DNA from: the human T2T-CHM13v2.0 reference genome, Homo sapiens
Assembly: GCF_009914755.1 (NCBI RefSeq)
Contig: NC_060929.1
Reading direction: 5' to 3' (one strand)
Length of the DNA stretch: 64,000 nucleotides
Positions 14,206-27,614 of this stretch are shown one piece after another. Every line of letters begins with the position of its first letter. Within the stretch, counting starts at the first letter, position 1. Below the pieces are notes generated by a model, which had not been told where the DNA came from, ran no database searches, and saw only the letters and a program-made list of their open reading frames with translations. The position numbers were made by a program, and so were the translations under genes.

Positions 14206-14458
14206 AAGAAATATGTGAGATTTTTCTAAATATTTGAGTCATTTATAATCATTAAATACTTCTTTTTTCTACAGTAGCACTTTTTTGTTACTGTGGAAAA
14301 CTCTTTATTACTATACTTCAACTCCCTTATGGGTGCCATTTGCATTGTATATTTTTGTTATCATTTACTTTCAAACTATTTATATTATTATATATAAAAT
14401 GTGCACGTAGTTGAATCATTTTAAAAATCAAATTTGATAATCTTTTCTTTCTAAGTAA

Positions 14459-14926
<468 letters not shown>

Positions 14927-15983
14927 TGAATATTATCTAGTGTAATATTAAATTAATTTTAAATACTTTAATAATTTTTAATTATATTTTTGTATTTTTT
15001 CTCAGTTCTAGTTTTATAAAATACATTTTAACTTTATGTTTATACCATCTTAATTTTATATTTTTACTGCTTCATGTTTACTTCATATTTATACTAACTC
15101 AATTCTAGTGAATTATAAGAACTTTACTCCTATATAGCTGTATTTCCTTCCCTTCTCTCCCGTTTTTTTCTATTATATATATAAAATGTATCTAAAATAA
15201 AATATTAGATCCATATATCTAAATGTAAAATAAAATCTATTTTATTTATATATAAAATAGAAAAATATATATATACTGTGCCTGTCAGTCACAAAACCAG
15301 TGATATATTGTTGTAATTACCATTTTTAAAAATGTTACATATTTTAAAGAAGTTGAGAAAATAAAAGGGGGCACATAAATATTTGCAGTTGATTAAACTA
15401 ATATTCTATTTATAATCTCTGACTTTTTATTTTTTCATTTGAATTCACATTACCATCTGTTATTATTTACTTCAATAAAGGTTTGTTCACAATTGTCTCC
15501 TGCTCTTACTATCAAATATATTACATTTCTATATGCTATGATTCCAACAATACATATATACACATACACATTTAAATATATATTTTAAGCTATTGTTTTT
15601 AAAATCAGTTAGGAAAAGAAAAAAGAAGAAAATTTAACTATATTGTCTTTTATAATGTCTACCTAATTTTCTTTATTGGCACTCTGTTTTTTCTTAGGGA
15701 TTAAATGAATGTGTTGTCACTTACTTTCAGCAAGAAGAATTTTCTTTAGAATTTCTTTCAAGGCGGATCCTCTGGCAATAGATTCTCTCCTCTTTTGTTT
15801 ATCTCGTAATGTCTACTTCACCTTTGTTTTTGAAAGATAGCTTTGTTGTGTATATGATTCTTGCATATTTTGACTTATAGCACTTTGAATATGTTATCAC
15901 ATTGCCTTCTCACCTCCATTGTTTCTGAAGGTAAATCAGCTATTTTATGACCTGAACTGTGTCCCCCATACTTTGTGTATGGA

Positions 15984-16055
15984 AGTCCTAATCCCCATGG
16001 TATATGATAGAGCCTATTGAGTCCTAATCCCCAGTGCATATGATAGGGTCTATTA
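15984..16055. repeat. 36-bp imperfect tandem duplication inside the LTR
   Basis: AGTCCTAATCCCCATGGTATATGATAGAGCCTATTG followed by AGTCCTAATCCCCAGTGCATATGATAGGGTCTATTA. Confidence 0.9.
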
Positions 16056-16361
16056 ACGTTCAATTAAGTTTAAGTAAGGTCATAGGAGTAAGCCCCTGAA
16101 CTTGTAGGATTTGTGTCCTTATAGTGATAAACACCAGAGAGCTTTCTCTCTCTCCCATTTTTTTCTCTCTCTGTTTCTATGTGTGTGTACATTCTGAGGA
16201 ACAGCTTTCTGAAGACATAGAAAAAAGGTAGCTGTCTGTCTGTCATTAGGAATAGAGCCCTTACCAGAAACCAAATTTGATTACACCTTGATTATAAACT
16301 TCTCTCCTTCAGAACTGTGAGAAAGTAAATTTCTGTTGTTTAAGCCACCCAGTCTATGATA

Positions 16362-18718
16362 CAGACATACCACAGAAATATTGTGGCTTTGGTTCCAGAC
16401 CACTACAATAAAGTAAATATTGCAATCAAACAATTTTTTGGTCTCTCAGTGCATATAAAAGATATATTTGCTCTATACTGTAGACTACTAAGTGTGAAAT
16501 AGCATTTGTCTAAAAACTGTATATACCTTAATTAAAAATACTTTATTACTAAAAAGTGCTAATAATTACCTGAGCCTTTAGTAAGTTATAATATTTTTTC
16601 TAGTTGAGGGTCTTTCTTTGATCTTGATGGCTGCTAACTGATCAGGTTGGTGTTTGCTGAAGATTTGGGTGGCTGTGGACATTTTTAAAAATAAGACAAC
16701 AGTGAAGTTTGCTGCATGGACTAGCTCTTTCTTTTGCATGAGATTTCTTTATGGCATGCAATGCTGTTAGACAGCATTTTACTCATAGTAGAACATCTTT
16801 CAAAACTGAAGTCAGCCCTCTCAAATCCTGCTGCTGCTTTATCAGCTAAGTTTATGTAATATTCTAAAACTTTTGCTGCCACTTCAAAAATGTTCACAAC
16901 ACCTTCAACAGAAGTAGATTCCATCTCAAAAAAAAACACTTTGTTTGCTCATTCATAAGAAGCAACTCCTCATCCATTCAAATTTTATCACGATATTTCA
17001 GCAATTCAATCACGCATCTTCAGGCTCCACTTCTATTTATAGTCCTTTAAATATTTCTATCACATCTGCCGTTATTTTCTTCACTATAGTCTTGTACCTC
17101 TCAAAGTCATCTGTGAGGGTTAGAATACACTTCCTCTAAACTCCTGTTAATATCGATATTTTGACATCATCCCATGAATCACATGTTTATAATGGCATCT
17201 AAAATGGCAAATCCTTTGCAGGTTTTCAATCTTTTTCAGGTTTTTAGGTTTTTACTTTGCCTGGATCCATCACAAGAATCACTATGATGGCTCTAGCCTT
17301 AGAAATGTGTTTTTAAATAATAAGACTTGAAATTCAAATTTGCTTCTTTATCCCTGGGATGCAGAATGGATGCTGTCTTAGTAGGCATGAAAATAGCATT
17401 ATTTTCTTTGTACATTTCCGTCAGAGCTCTTGGGTGACAAAGTGCATTGTCAACGAACAGTGACATTTAAAAATGAATCTTTTTTCTCTAAGCAGTAGGT
17501 CTCAACAGTGGGTTTAAAATATTCAGTAAACCATACTACTCACAAATATGATGTCATCCAGGCTTTGATGTTCCATGTATAGAATACAGACAGAGTAGAT
17601 TTAGCATACTTCTTAAGGCCCCTATGATTTTCCAAATGGTAAATGAGCACTGGCTTCAACTTAAAGTCATCAGCTGTGTTACCTCCTAATAAAAGACAGC
17701 TTGTCCTTTAAAGCTTTGAGCCAGGCATTGACTTCTCTGTAGAGAAGATAAATCTTCTGAATAGTTTCCTTCAGCTTCTGTACCAGCACTTGCTGCAATA
17801 CCTTGCACTTTTATATTATGGAGATGGCTTCTTTGTTTAAACCTTATAAACAAACTTCTGCTAGCTTCAAACTATTAGATTGGTGCAAAAGTAATTGCAG
17901 TTTTTGTATTCTGAAGCTGTTGCACGTCTTTCAGCCATCATAGAATTGAAGAGGGTTAGGGTTTTGCTCTGAATTAGGCATTGGCTTAAGAATAGTGTGT
18001 CTGGTTTGATCTTTTATCTAGACCACTAAAACTTTCTCCATATTAGCAATAAGCTGTTTCACTTTTTTAGCACTTGTTCACTAGAGTAGCACTTTAAATT
18101 TCCTTAAAGAACTTTTCCTTTGCATTCACAACTTGGCTGTTTGTCACAAGAGGGCTAGCTTTAGACCCTTCTCAGCTTTCAACCTGCCTTCTTCACTAAG
18201 CTTAATCATTTCTAACTTTTGATATAACGTGAAAAACACATGACTCTTCCTCTCATTAGAACACTTAGAGGTCATTGTACTGTTATTAACTGAACTTGTT
18301 TTCATATTGTTTTGTCTCAGAGAGTGGGGAAGATCAAGGAGAGATAGAGCAATGAGGAAGCAGCTGGTTGGTGGAGCAGTCAGAATGCAGACAGTTGTAG
18401 ATTAAGTCTGCCATTCTGTATGAGCACAGTTTGTGGTGCTCCAAAACAATTACAATAGTAACATTGAAGATCACTCATCACAGATTACCATAGCAGACAT
18501 CATAATAATAAAGTTTGAAAGATTGCAAGTATTAACAAAATGTGGCACAAAGATACAAAGTGAAAACATACTGTTGAAAAATGGTGCCAATAGATTTGCT
18601 TGTTGCAGGGTTGCCCAATTTGTAAAAATAAATAAATAAATAAATAAAATTAAAAAAAATTATCTGTGAAGTAAAATAAAGGAAAGCACAGAAAGCACAA
18701 TAAATCAAAGTATGTCTA
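16362..18718 (-). mobile_element. Tigger1 DNA transposon, near full length, with a decayed pogo-like transposase
   Basis: Terminal inverted repeats (TIRs) CAGACATAC and GTATGTCTA with a left TA target. ORF 16721-16939 (EMEST...LEYYINLADKAAAGFER...MLSNSIAC) matches the Tigger1 transposase C-terminus. About 2.36 kb. Confidence 0.93.
17875..17906 (+). mobile_element. Solo Hsmar1/MADE1 mariner terminal inverted repeat
   Basis: TA-TTAGATTGGTGCAAAAGTAATTGCAGTTTTTG-TA matches the MADE1 arm TTAGGTTGGTGCAAAAGTAATTGCGGTTTTTG with 2 substitutions. Confidence 0.9.
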
Positions 18719-20834
18719 CACTTTGTTGTAGCAGCTTGAACAGATTAATACAGCTATTAATTTTATTGGGGTTTTCTTGTATATGGTGACTATGAGTAAT
18801 TTTTCTCATTACTTTTAAAGTTTTCAACATTTTCACTATGTTATGTCAGGGGGTAATATTTTCTGCATTTATTCTATACTGAATTTTGTTTAGTTTGTAT
18901 ATGTTGAATTATGATTTACACCAAATTTGGGAAATTTCAGACATAAATTTTTTGAACCCCTTTTTCTTTCTCTTATTATTCTGGTACTCACATCATGCAG
19001 GTGTTGGTGTACTTAATAATGGTATCCCATATTTCTCTGAGGATTTCTTCAGTTTTCTTCATTTTGTTTGCTCTTTATTTAGATTGCATAATCTCTAGTG
19101 ATTTATCTTTAAGTTCATTGATTCTTTCTTCTGTCAGCTAAAACCTACTTCTGAGCCTTTCTAGTCAATTTTTTTGTTGTACTTTTTAACTACAGAATTT
19201 CCATTTAATTATTTATTGTAGTTTATCTCATTATTTTCTTGGGATAAGACAGTACCATTATGCCTTTCTTTAATTTTTAGATGTGAATTTCTTTAGGTCT
19301 TTGAGCATATTTATAATAGCTGTTTTGAAGTCTTTGTTTCCTAAGTCCAAGCTCTTGTACCCCACTAATGTAGTTTCTATTCCCTGCATTTTCCCCCTGT
19401 GTGTGGTTCACTTTGTTATTTCTTTGTATATCTCATAATTATTTGTTGAAAATTAGACATTTCATATATTATTTACTTGGTCATGTGCATGTCTGCGTAA
19501 GATTTGGCTGACCTAGTTTGTGGAATATACTCCCTCAGTACTGTGCAGCCTCTGATAGCCTTGCTCAGATTTTTCTTTCTTGATATTATCTTCTAGCCTG
19601 GACAACCAGAGATGGTTCCTAGATCAGTATGAGTCACTTGTTTGTTAAAATTTATGTTTAAGCCATTTTGGCCCATTATGTTTTTACCCTTTACCATTGG
19701 ATTGGTATTTGGCTTTGAATTTTGCTCGTACGGTTTAAGGAGTTTGTGTTTTTGCTTCATGGTCAGACAGTGACTAGAAGGTTGGATATCCCTCTTTGAT
19801 CAGTCTTGGGAGGGTGCAAACTTTGGCATTTATTTAGGTCTTCCATATTGCCAGAGATAATTGCAAATTTATTTTTTTCCTAGGGTCATCCTACAGTCAG
19901 AGAAACTTATTGTTCAGCCTGTGTTTCATCCAAAGTTGTGATTAAGCCCATATTGCTGGTTAGGTTTCTGCCATTTGTTGATAGATCTAAGTGCAGTGTG
20001 GGGAATAATTTTCCATATCCAATTGCCCCATATCTAGCTCTGAATGCTCCTGAGTGGATGCAGCCAAGCACATATTCACTAACTTTCATAACTTCAGAGT
20101 TGATAGCCTGATCTCAGAAGGACTTTTCTTACTTGTTTATTTTCCTAATTTTCTGTGAAAATTCTGGTCACTCTGCCTTTTTACTTATTGCTATCAGTAT
20201 TATGGAGTTACCATAATCCTCTCTTATTTTTTTCCCAGTATCTCCATTGTGTTCAACAATGCCCTTAGATACAGAATTTCTCATGTACTGTTTCAAATAA
20301 TGACTGTCCCCTCATCAGGCATACAGAGTTCTTTATTCTTATTGTCTGTCTCATTCCCTGGGAAGAACCTCTGCACCAGAACACAGGAATTGTGGGGAGG
20401 ATATTCTCCTGGAATGACACATCTATTAAATGAGTGGACCCTGAGGTAGTAAGAGCCCTGGCCTTCTTGGTTTGCCTCTCTGTGCATGGAACATTCACCC
20501 CATGAGCAAACTGAGACAAGGGCAATTGTATCCCATTATTCTCATCTTGCCACAATTGGAGTAAAGCTTTCCATTACAAGTAGGGGATGGGTGGTAGCAA
20601 AGAATTCTTTCGTCATGCCCACTCAGAATAGAGCTACTGTAGCATGTGGCTTGTAGAATAAAAAGCATCAGTGGTCTTCCCTTCCAGGGAGAAATTATAG
20701 CCTTACACTGGGATCTAGGGAAATGAGAAGTTAGTCTTTTTTATGTTAACTGCCTAGGAAAGAATGGCCAGTGTTAAGTTTCCATAATACTGAGATGCAG
20801 GAGGAGTGAAAAGAATAGGTCCTGGCTCAAATGA

Positions 20835-23424
20835 TGATATAATTTTGCTGTGTCCCTTTGAAATCTCATTTTGAATTTTAGTTCCCATAATGTCCATGTG
20901 TCATGGGAGGGACCATGTGGAGATAATTGAATCATAGGGCAAATTCCCCATCCTATTCTCATGATAGTGAGTTAGTTCTCACAAGATCTGATGGTTTTAT
21001 AAGAAGCTTCCCTCATTACTGGTCGTTCTTTCTCTCTCTTGCTGCCCTGTGAAGAGGTGTCTTCAGCCATGATTGTAAGTACTCTGAGGGCTCCCCAGCC
21101 ATGTGAAACTGTGGGTCAATTAAACCTCTTCTCTGGCTGGGCACAGTGGCTCACACCTGTAATACCAGCACTTTGGGAGGCTGAGGCAAGAGGATCACCT
21201 GAGGTCAGGAGTTCAAGACCAGCCTGGAAAACATGGCAGAACCCAGTCTCTACTAAAAATACACAAATTAGCTGGGCATGGTGGCAGTTGCCTGTAATCC
21301 TAGCTACTTGGGAGGCTGAGGCTGGAGAATCACTTGAACCTGGGAGGTGGAAGTTTCAGTGAGCCCTGATCACGCCACTGCACTCTAGCCTGGGTGAACA
21401 GAGCTAGAATTCATTTCAAAACAAACAAACAGAAAAACAAACCAACCTATTTTCTTGATAAATTATTCAGTCTTGGGTATTTCTTCATAGCAGTGTGAGA
21501 ATGGACTAATACAGTAAATTGGTACTGGGTAGTGGGGTGCTGCTGCAAAGATACTGGAAAATGTGGAAGCAACTTTGGAACTGGGTAACAGGAAGAGGTT
21601 GGAACAGTTTGGAGGGCTCAGAAGAAGTCAGGAAAAGATGAGAAAGTTTGGAACTTCATAGAGACTTGTTGAATAGCATTGACCACAATGCTGATAGTGA
21701 TATGAACAATGAAGTCCAGTCTGAGGTAGTGTCAGATGGAGATGGGAAACTTGTTGGGAACTGGAGTAAAGATCACACTTGCTATGCAAAGAGACTGGCA
21801 GCATTTTGCCCCTGCCCTAGAGATCTGTGGAACTTTGACCTTGAGAAAGATAATTTAGGGTATCTGGCAGAATAAATTTCTAAGTGGAAAAGAGCTCAAA
21901 AGGAAGCAGAGCATAAAAGTTTGGAAAATATGTAGGGTGACGATATGATAAAAAGAAAACCCTGTTTTCTGGGGAGAAATCTAAGCTAGCAGCAGAAATT
22001 TGCATAAGTAAGAATGAGCCAAATATTAATCACCAAGAAAATGGGGCAAATGTTTCCAGGGCATGTCAGAGACTGTCATGGCAACCCCTCCCATCACAGG
22101 CCTGGAGACCTAGGAAGAAAAAATGGTTTCCTGGGTGGGGCCCTGGGCATCCCTGCTCTGTACAGCCTTGAGACCTTGTGCCCTTCATCCCAGCTGCTTC
22201 AGCTCCAGTCAGCGTTAAAAGGGGCCAAGGTATGTCTGGGGCCACTGCTTCAGAGGATGCAAGCCCCAAGTCTTGGTCATTTCCATGTGGTGTTGAGCCT
22301 GTGGGTGCACAGAAGTCAAGAATTGAGGTTTGGGAACTTCCACCTAGATGTCAAATGATGTATGGAAATGCCTGATCTCCCAGGCAGAAGTTTGCTGCAG
22401 GGGCACAGCCCTCATGAAGAATCTCTGCTAGGGCAGTGCAGAAGGGAAATGTGGGGTTGGAGTCCCCACACAGAGTCCCCACTGGGGCACTGCCTAGTGG
22501 AGCTGTGAGAAGAGGGCCACCGTCCTGCAGACCACAGAATGGTAGATCCACTGACAGCTTGCACTGTGTGCCTGGAAAAGTCACAGACACTCAACACCAG
22601 CATGTGAAAGCAACCAAGAGGGGGACTGTACCTTGTACCCTGCTGAGCCACAGGGGCAGGGCTGCCCAAGGCCATGGGATCCCACCTCTTGCATCAGCAT
22701 GCCCTGGGTGTGAGACAAGGAGTCAAAAGAGATCATTTTGGTACTTTAAGGTTTAATGACTGCCCTGTTGGATTTCGGACTTGCATGGGGCCTGCAGTCC
22801 CTTTGTTTTGGCCAATTTCTCCTATTTGGAACAGGTGTATTTACTCAATTCCTGTACACCATTGTATCTAGAAAGTAACTTACTTGCTATTGATTTTACA
22901 GGTTCATAGGCAGAAGGACTTGCCTTGTCACAGATGAGACTTTATCCTTGCAGTTTTGAGTTAATGCTGGAGTGAGTTAAGAATTTGGGCGACTGTTGGA
23001 AGAGTATGATTGTGTTTTGAATTGTGAGAACATAAGACTTGGGAGGGGCCAAGGGTGGAATGATATGGTTTTGACTGTGTCCCCACCAAAACCTCATCTT
23101 GAATTGTAGTTCCCATAATCCCCACATGTTGTGGGAGGGACCAGGTGGAGATAATTGAATTATGGGGGTGGTTTCCACTATACTTTTTCTTGTGATAGTG
23201 AGTTAGTTCTCACAAGATCTGAAGGTTTTTTTAAGGGACTCCCCCCTTCACTGGGCACTCATTCCCTCTCCTGCTGCCCAGTGAAGAGGTGACTTCTGCC
23301 ATGATTTCAAGTTTCCTGAGGCCTCCCCAACCATGCAGAACTGTGAGTCAATTAAACCTTTTTTCTTTATAAATTACCCAGTCTTGGGTATTCCTTCATA
23401 GCAGCATGAAAAGGAATTAATACA
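20835..23424 (+). mobile_element. Full THE1C/D-like MaLR provirus: 5' LTR 20835-21513 (Alu-interrupted), internal 21514-23060, 3' LTR 23061-23424
   Basis: Both LTRs run TGATAT...AATACA. The internal region starts GTAAATTGGTAC...GAAAATGTGGAAGCAACTTTGGAACTGGG and ends in the polypurine tract GGGAGGGGCCAAGGGTGGAA. MaLR ORF relics occur at 21648-22871. Confidence 0.95.
21135..21443 (+). mobile_element. AluSx-like SINE inside the THE1 5' LTR
   Basis: GGCTGGGCACAGTGGCTC...GGATCACCTGAGGTCAGGAG, with an (AAAC)n tail. Degenerate TSD AACCTCTTCTCT / AACCTATTTTCT. Confidence 0.95.
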
Positions 23425-23531
23425 GTAAATTTTCATACTGAGATTTAGGAGATTAGTTTGAATGAATGTTTATCCATTTACTGTATGCCATATGACAATA
23501 TCTAGAAACTTTATTTTAAAAATTATTCTCT

Positions 23532-24800
23532 ATTTTTTTCTTAATGATATAACCTCACTTTTATACTCTCCTGTTTTTTATTATCATATTTTAAGTTCTG
23601 GGATACATGTGCAGAATGTTCAGGTTTGTTATATAGGTGTACATGTGCCATGGTGGTTTGCTGCATCCATCAACCTGTCATCTACATTAGGTATTTCTCC
23701 TAATGCTATCCCTCTACTAGCTCCTGACTCCCCAACAGGCTGCAGGGTGTGATGTTCCCCTCACTGTGTCCATGTGTTCTCATTGTTCAACTCCCACTTG
23801 TGAGTGAGAACATGCAGTGTTTGGTTTCCTGTTCTTGTGTTAGTTTGCTGAGAATGATGGTTTCCAGCTTCATCCATGTCCCTGCAAAGGACATAAATTC
23901 ATTCTTTTTCTATGGCTGCATAATAGTCCATGGTGTATATGTGCCACATTTTCTTGATACACTCTATCAGTGATGGGAATTTGGGTTGGTTCCAAGTCTT
24001 TGCTATTGTGAACAGTGCTGCAATAAACATATGTGTGCATGTGTGTTTATAGTAGAATGATTAATAATCCTTTGGGTATATACCCAGTCATTGGATTGCT
24101 GGGTCAAATGATATTTCTGGTTCGAGAAATCACCAGACTGTCTTCCACAATGGTTGAACTAATTAACACTCCCACCAGCAGTGTAAAAGCATTCCTATTT
24201 CTCCACATCCTCTCCAGCATCTGTTGTTTCCTGACTTTTTAATAATCACCATTCTAACTGGCATGAGACGCTGTCTCATTGTGGTTTTGATTTGCATTTC
24301 TCTAATGACCAGTGATGAGGAACTTTTTTTCATATGTTTTTTGGCCGCATAAATGTCTTTTGAGAAGTGTCTGTTTATACCCTTCTTCCACTTTTTGTGG
24401 GGTTGTTTTTTTCTTGTAAATTTGTTTAAGTTCCACATAGATTTAGGATATTAGACCTTTGTCAGATGGATAGATTGCAAAAATTTTCTCCCATTTTGTA
24501 GGTTGCCTGTTCACTCTGATGATAGTTTCTTTTGCTGTGCAGAAGCTCTATAGTTGAATTAGATCCCATTTGTCAATTTTGGCTTTCATTGCCATTGCTT
24601 TTGGTGTTTTAGACATGAAGTCTTTGCCCATGCCTATGTCCTGAATGGTATTGCCTAGGTTTTCTTCCAGGGTTTTTATGGTTTTAGGTCTTATGTTTAA
24701 GTCTTTAATCCATCTTGAGTTAATTTTTGTATAAGGCGTAAGGAAGGGATCCAGTTTCAGTTTTCTGCATATGGCTAGCCAGTTTTCCCAACACCATCTA
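23532..24800 (-). mobile_element. 5'-truncated L1PA7/8-like LINE-1 with a 15-bp TSD
   Basis: 3' UTR TTAAGTTCTGGGATACATGTGCAGAA...GGTGGTTTGCTGCA. ORF2 C-terminus at 24163-24438 ([10 protein letters not shown]...[17 protein letters not shown]). TSD TAAAAATTATT[C/T]TCT at 23517-23531 and 24801-24815. Confidence 0.93.
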
Positions 24801-27614
24801 TAAAAATTATTTTCTTCAGTTAAATGGTTGTATAGCAGGGAAGAGGTCCTGCTGAATACCTCACTATGTCATTCCAGAAATCTGCCTCTTTTCGTTGCAT
24901 TTTGAATGTGCATTTTATTTTTCTGATTCGGAAGACTTGATTGTTAAGTTAAGTTTGTTATTGTTTGGACATAATAATCACACCAAATTCTGCTTTTTAA
25001 AACATTGTAAGTCTAAAATGATGTCAATATATATAAAAAAGTAAAACTTGAACAATTGATAATTTTGGTCAACCTAATATCAAAGCATTTTTTGATGAAA
25101 ATATCAAGCCCATTTTATTGATAAAAATGAAGTGATCATTTAGCTTAATTTAGGATATTTTTTCAAAAATGTTAGCTGGATAGGCTGTGGTTTTGTTATT
25201 TGTTTTTCACCATATCTGCATAATATGCAACAAATTGGCATTTTAAAATTAACCCAACAGTAAGTTTTCAAATTCTGTATTGTGTTACCTTTTTTAAAAC
25301 ATGAATTGTTCAGATGTGTTATTGATACTGGTGAATTGTTAAAAATTAATTCTCAGTCCTTTCTGTTTTAACATGCTTGTTTGAACTTGTTTAAACATAG
25401 TCTGTGACTATGCCTATCACACTCCAACAAATGGATCAACACATCCCTATGCAATTGAAACACTTATTAACACAAAACATTTCTTTCATGGCTAAAGTAT
25501 ATTTGCCTCTATTTAAAGTCTAATAAACGCACTTTGGAAAGGGAATTTATATTAGTGAATGTATAACTTACTTAAATGTAGATCTAATAAAACCAAGAGA
25601 AAGTTAATTGTTAAAATGGAGGCTTCATACTAGGTAAAGCAAGCAGATATCGATGACTAAGTAACTTTGGAGGGGGTTTATATTGAAACAAACTCTGGAA
25701 GGGTGATAAGATAGCAAAGTACTGAAACTAGAATGAGTTTTTGCACACGTGAAAGGAAAAAGAAGTGCATATGGATTCCAGTCACATAAAACTGTCAACT
25801 CCAAAATTTACTGCTTCCATGGTCAATCACTTGGATAGCATTATTCTGTGATGTATTAAATGTATAAGCTATCTCTTATTTTTTCTTAAATACAATAAAC
25901 AAAACAATAATCTTATTTTTATGACATGTTTAATGAAAGAAAATGTCAATAAAATTAATCCAGACATAAAACTGATTATAGAAAAGTATATGCTAGTTTA
26001 AAATTTTTATTTTTTTGATAATTTTTTTTACATTGTACAGTCTGCTAAACAATGAAATCAAATCTTATTTATGGTTTGAGACTACAAATAGCTCTCCAAT
26101 TCTAAATACAAACTTAAAAACTATAGAAATTAATTCAACTACATCTAAAATGCAATCTTTTAAGCTTTTATTTTACAGGTAGTCAGTTAAAAACACATAG
26201 TTGCAATAGTAAAATAAAATGAACCATATTTTCACATTCTTTTTTGTTTCCCAATTTCTATGAAGTAAGATAATTTGCACAAGCTTTATGAAAACTGTAT
26301 AGGAATTTAATTAATTAATTTTATCTAGTTTATATAGTTTTTAATATTCTTTAAATGATAAGAAATTATACTTGCCATTGGAGCAATTAAATCTTTAAAA
26401 AATTAAAATTCAAATTAACTGATAAAGAAAATACTGGACATACATTATTTTGCTTTCATAGTGTGTATCTGAGTTTGGATAGACATTTAAAAAATAAACA
26501 AACAAACAGCCTGAATATTTAAAATCGACATAAGGGAAGTGAATAGGAAAGTCTCTGAAGAAAAATAGTAAATATTGTGGTCTACTGAATATGTGAATTA
26601 TACTGAACAGTTTATTAGAGATGTGTCAAAGATGCATGTGGTGCTGAAATTTTATTTATTTTTCTCTTCATTGTATGAACTGAAAAGTTCTCTGCATATA
26701 AATAGCTCTTTATTTTGTGTTTGATAGCCATAGTCACATTTGTGACTCTAAAAATTAACTCTATATCCAACTGAAAAATACTAATCCCTAACAAAAACAG
26801 AAGAATGTTGTTTATTATTACTTTTTAAAAAAATTTCCCACACATTGGTAAAACCTGTGAACACTAGTCAACAGTTATAGAATAGGTTTTCAATTACCAT
26901 ACATATGACCTTGAGAGATAAGAATCGCACTAAAACTGATCTTCCACAATTTAAGATCCTTATTTTCAAGTTTGATTACGTATTTCATAAACAGTAAAAT
27001 TTGGTATGCATGTTTCATTTAAAGTTTCCTAGCAAGAAACCTCCTTTTTCCCAATGACTTTCAGTTTTGAAAGGAAACACTTTCTGAGAACAATTTGTGG
27101 TTAATGCCTTTCAGTGGGCATGATCCCACTGAGAAGTGCTCTAGCTAACTTGCTCTGGGTTGTGTTCCAACTTAGTTTAAGGGACTTTAGGGGACACATT
27201 CCTGCTGATTCCACTGTTCTTTCCTGTCTTCCTTTTTTTTGTAATCTTGACCCAAAAACTATTTTAAGTGATGTCTGATTTGGCTTCCTATGGTGCTCAA
27301 ATGTTCACTGACAAAGGATTATTGAAAGAATGTGTGACTCTCCCTTTCTTTTCTTGAATTCAGTTTCTGATGTCGATATTAATGTGAAAGGGTCATCCAC
27401 AAAGAGACAAAGAATACTAATGTTACAAGGCTTCTCAGCTCTTCTCCTTTATCTCAGTTGGTAGACTCCAAACCAAAGGGATCAAATATCTTCTATCAAT
27501 CACCTCCTTAAAAACATCACCATCTGTGTCATCATTGGCCTTTAGGCTGTGAGGATTATTCCAAAAGTGCTCCTCTCTCTGTACAGTTCATCAGTTGAAA
27601 GCTGTAGAAAAATG

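Larger units (their letters stand above)
15944..18752 (+). mobile_element. MaLR solo LTR (MLT1A/B-like), split by Tigger1 into 15944-16361 and 18719-18752
   Basis: TTATGACCTGAACTGTGTCCCCC...CAGAACTGTGAGAAAGTAAATTTCTGTTGTTTAAGCCACCCAGTCTATGATA, resuming CTTTGTTGTAGCAGCTTGAACAGATTAATACA. 5-bp TSD GCTAT at 15939-15943 and 18753-18757. Confidence 0.88.

Noticed and set aside
21648-22871. Cluster of overlapping ORFs in a GC-richer region
   Set aside because: They are broken pieces of the THE1 internal MaLR ORF with no intact frame.
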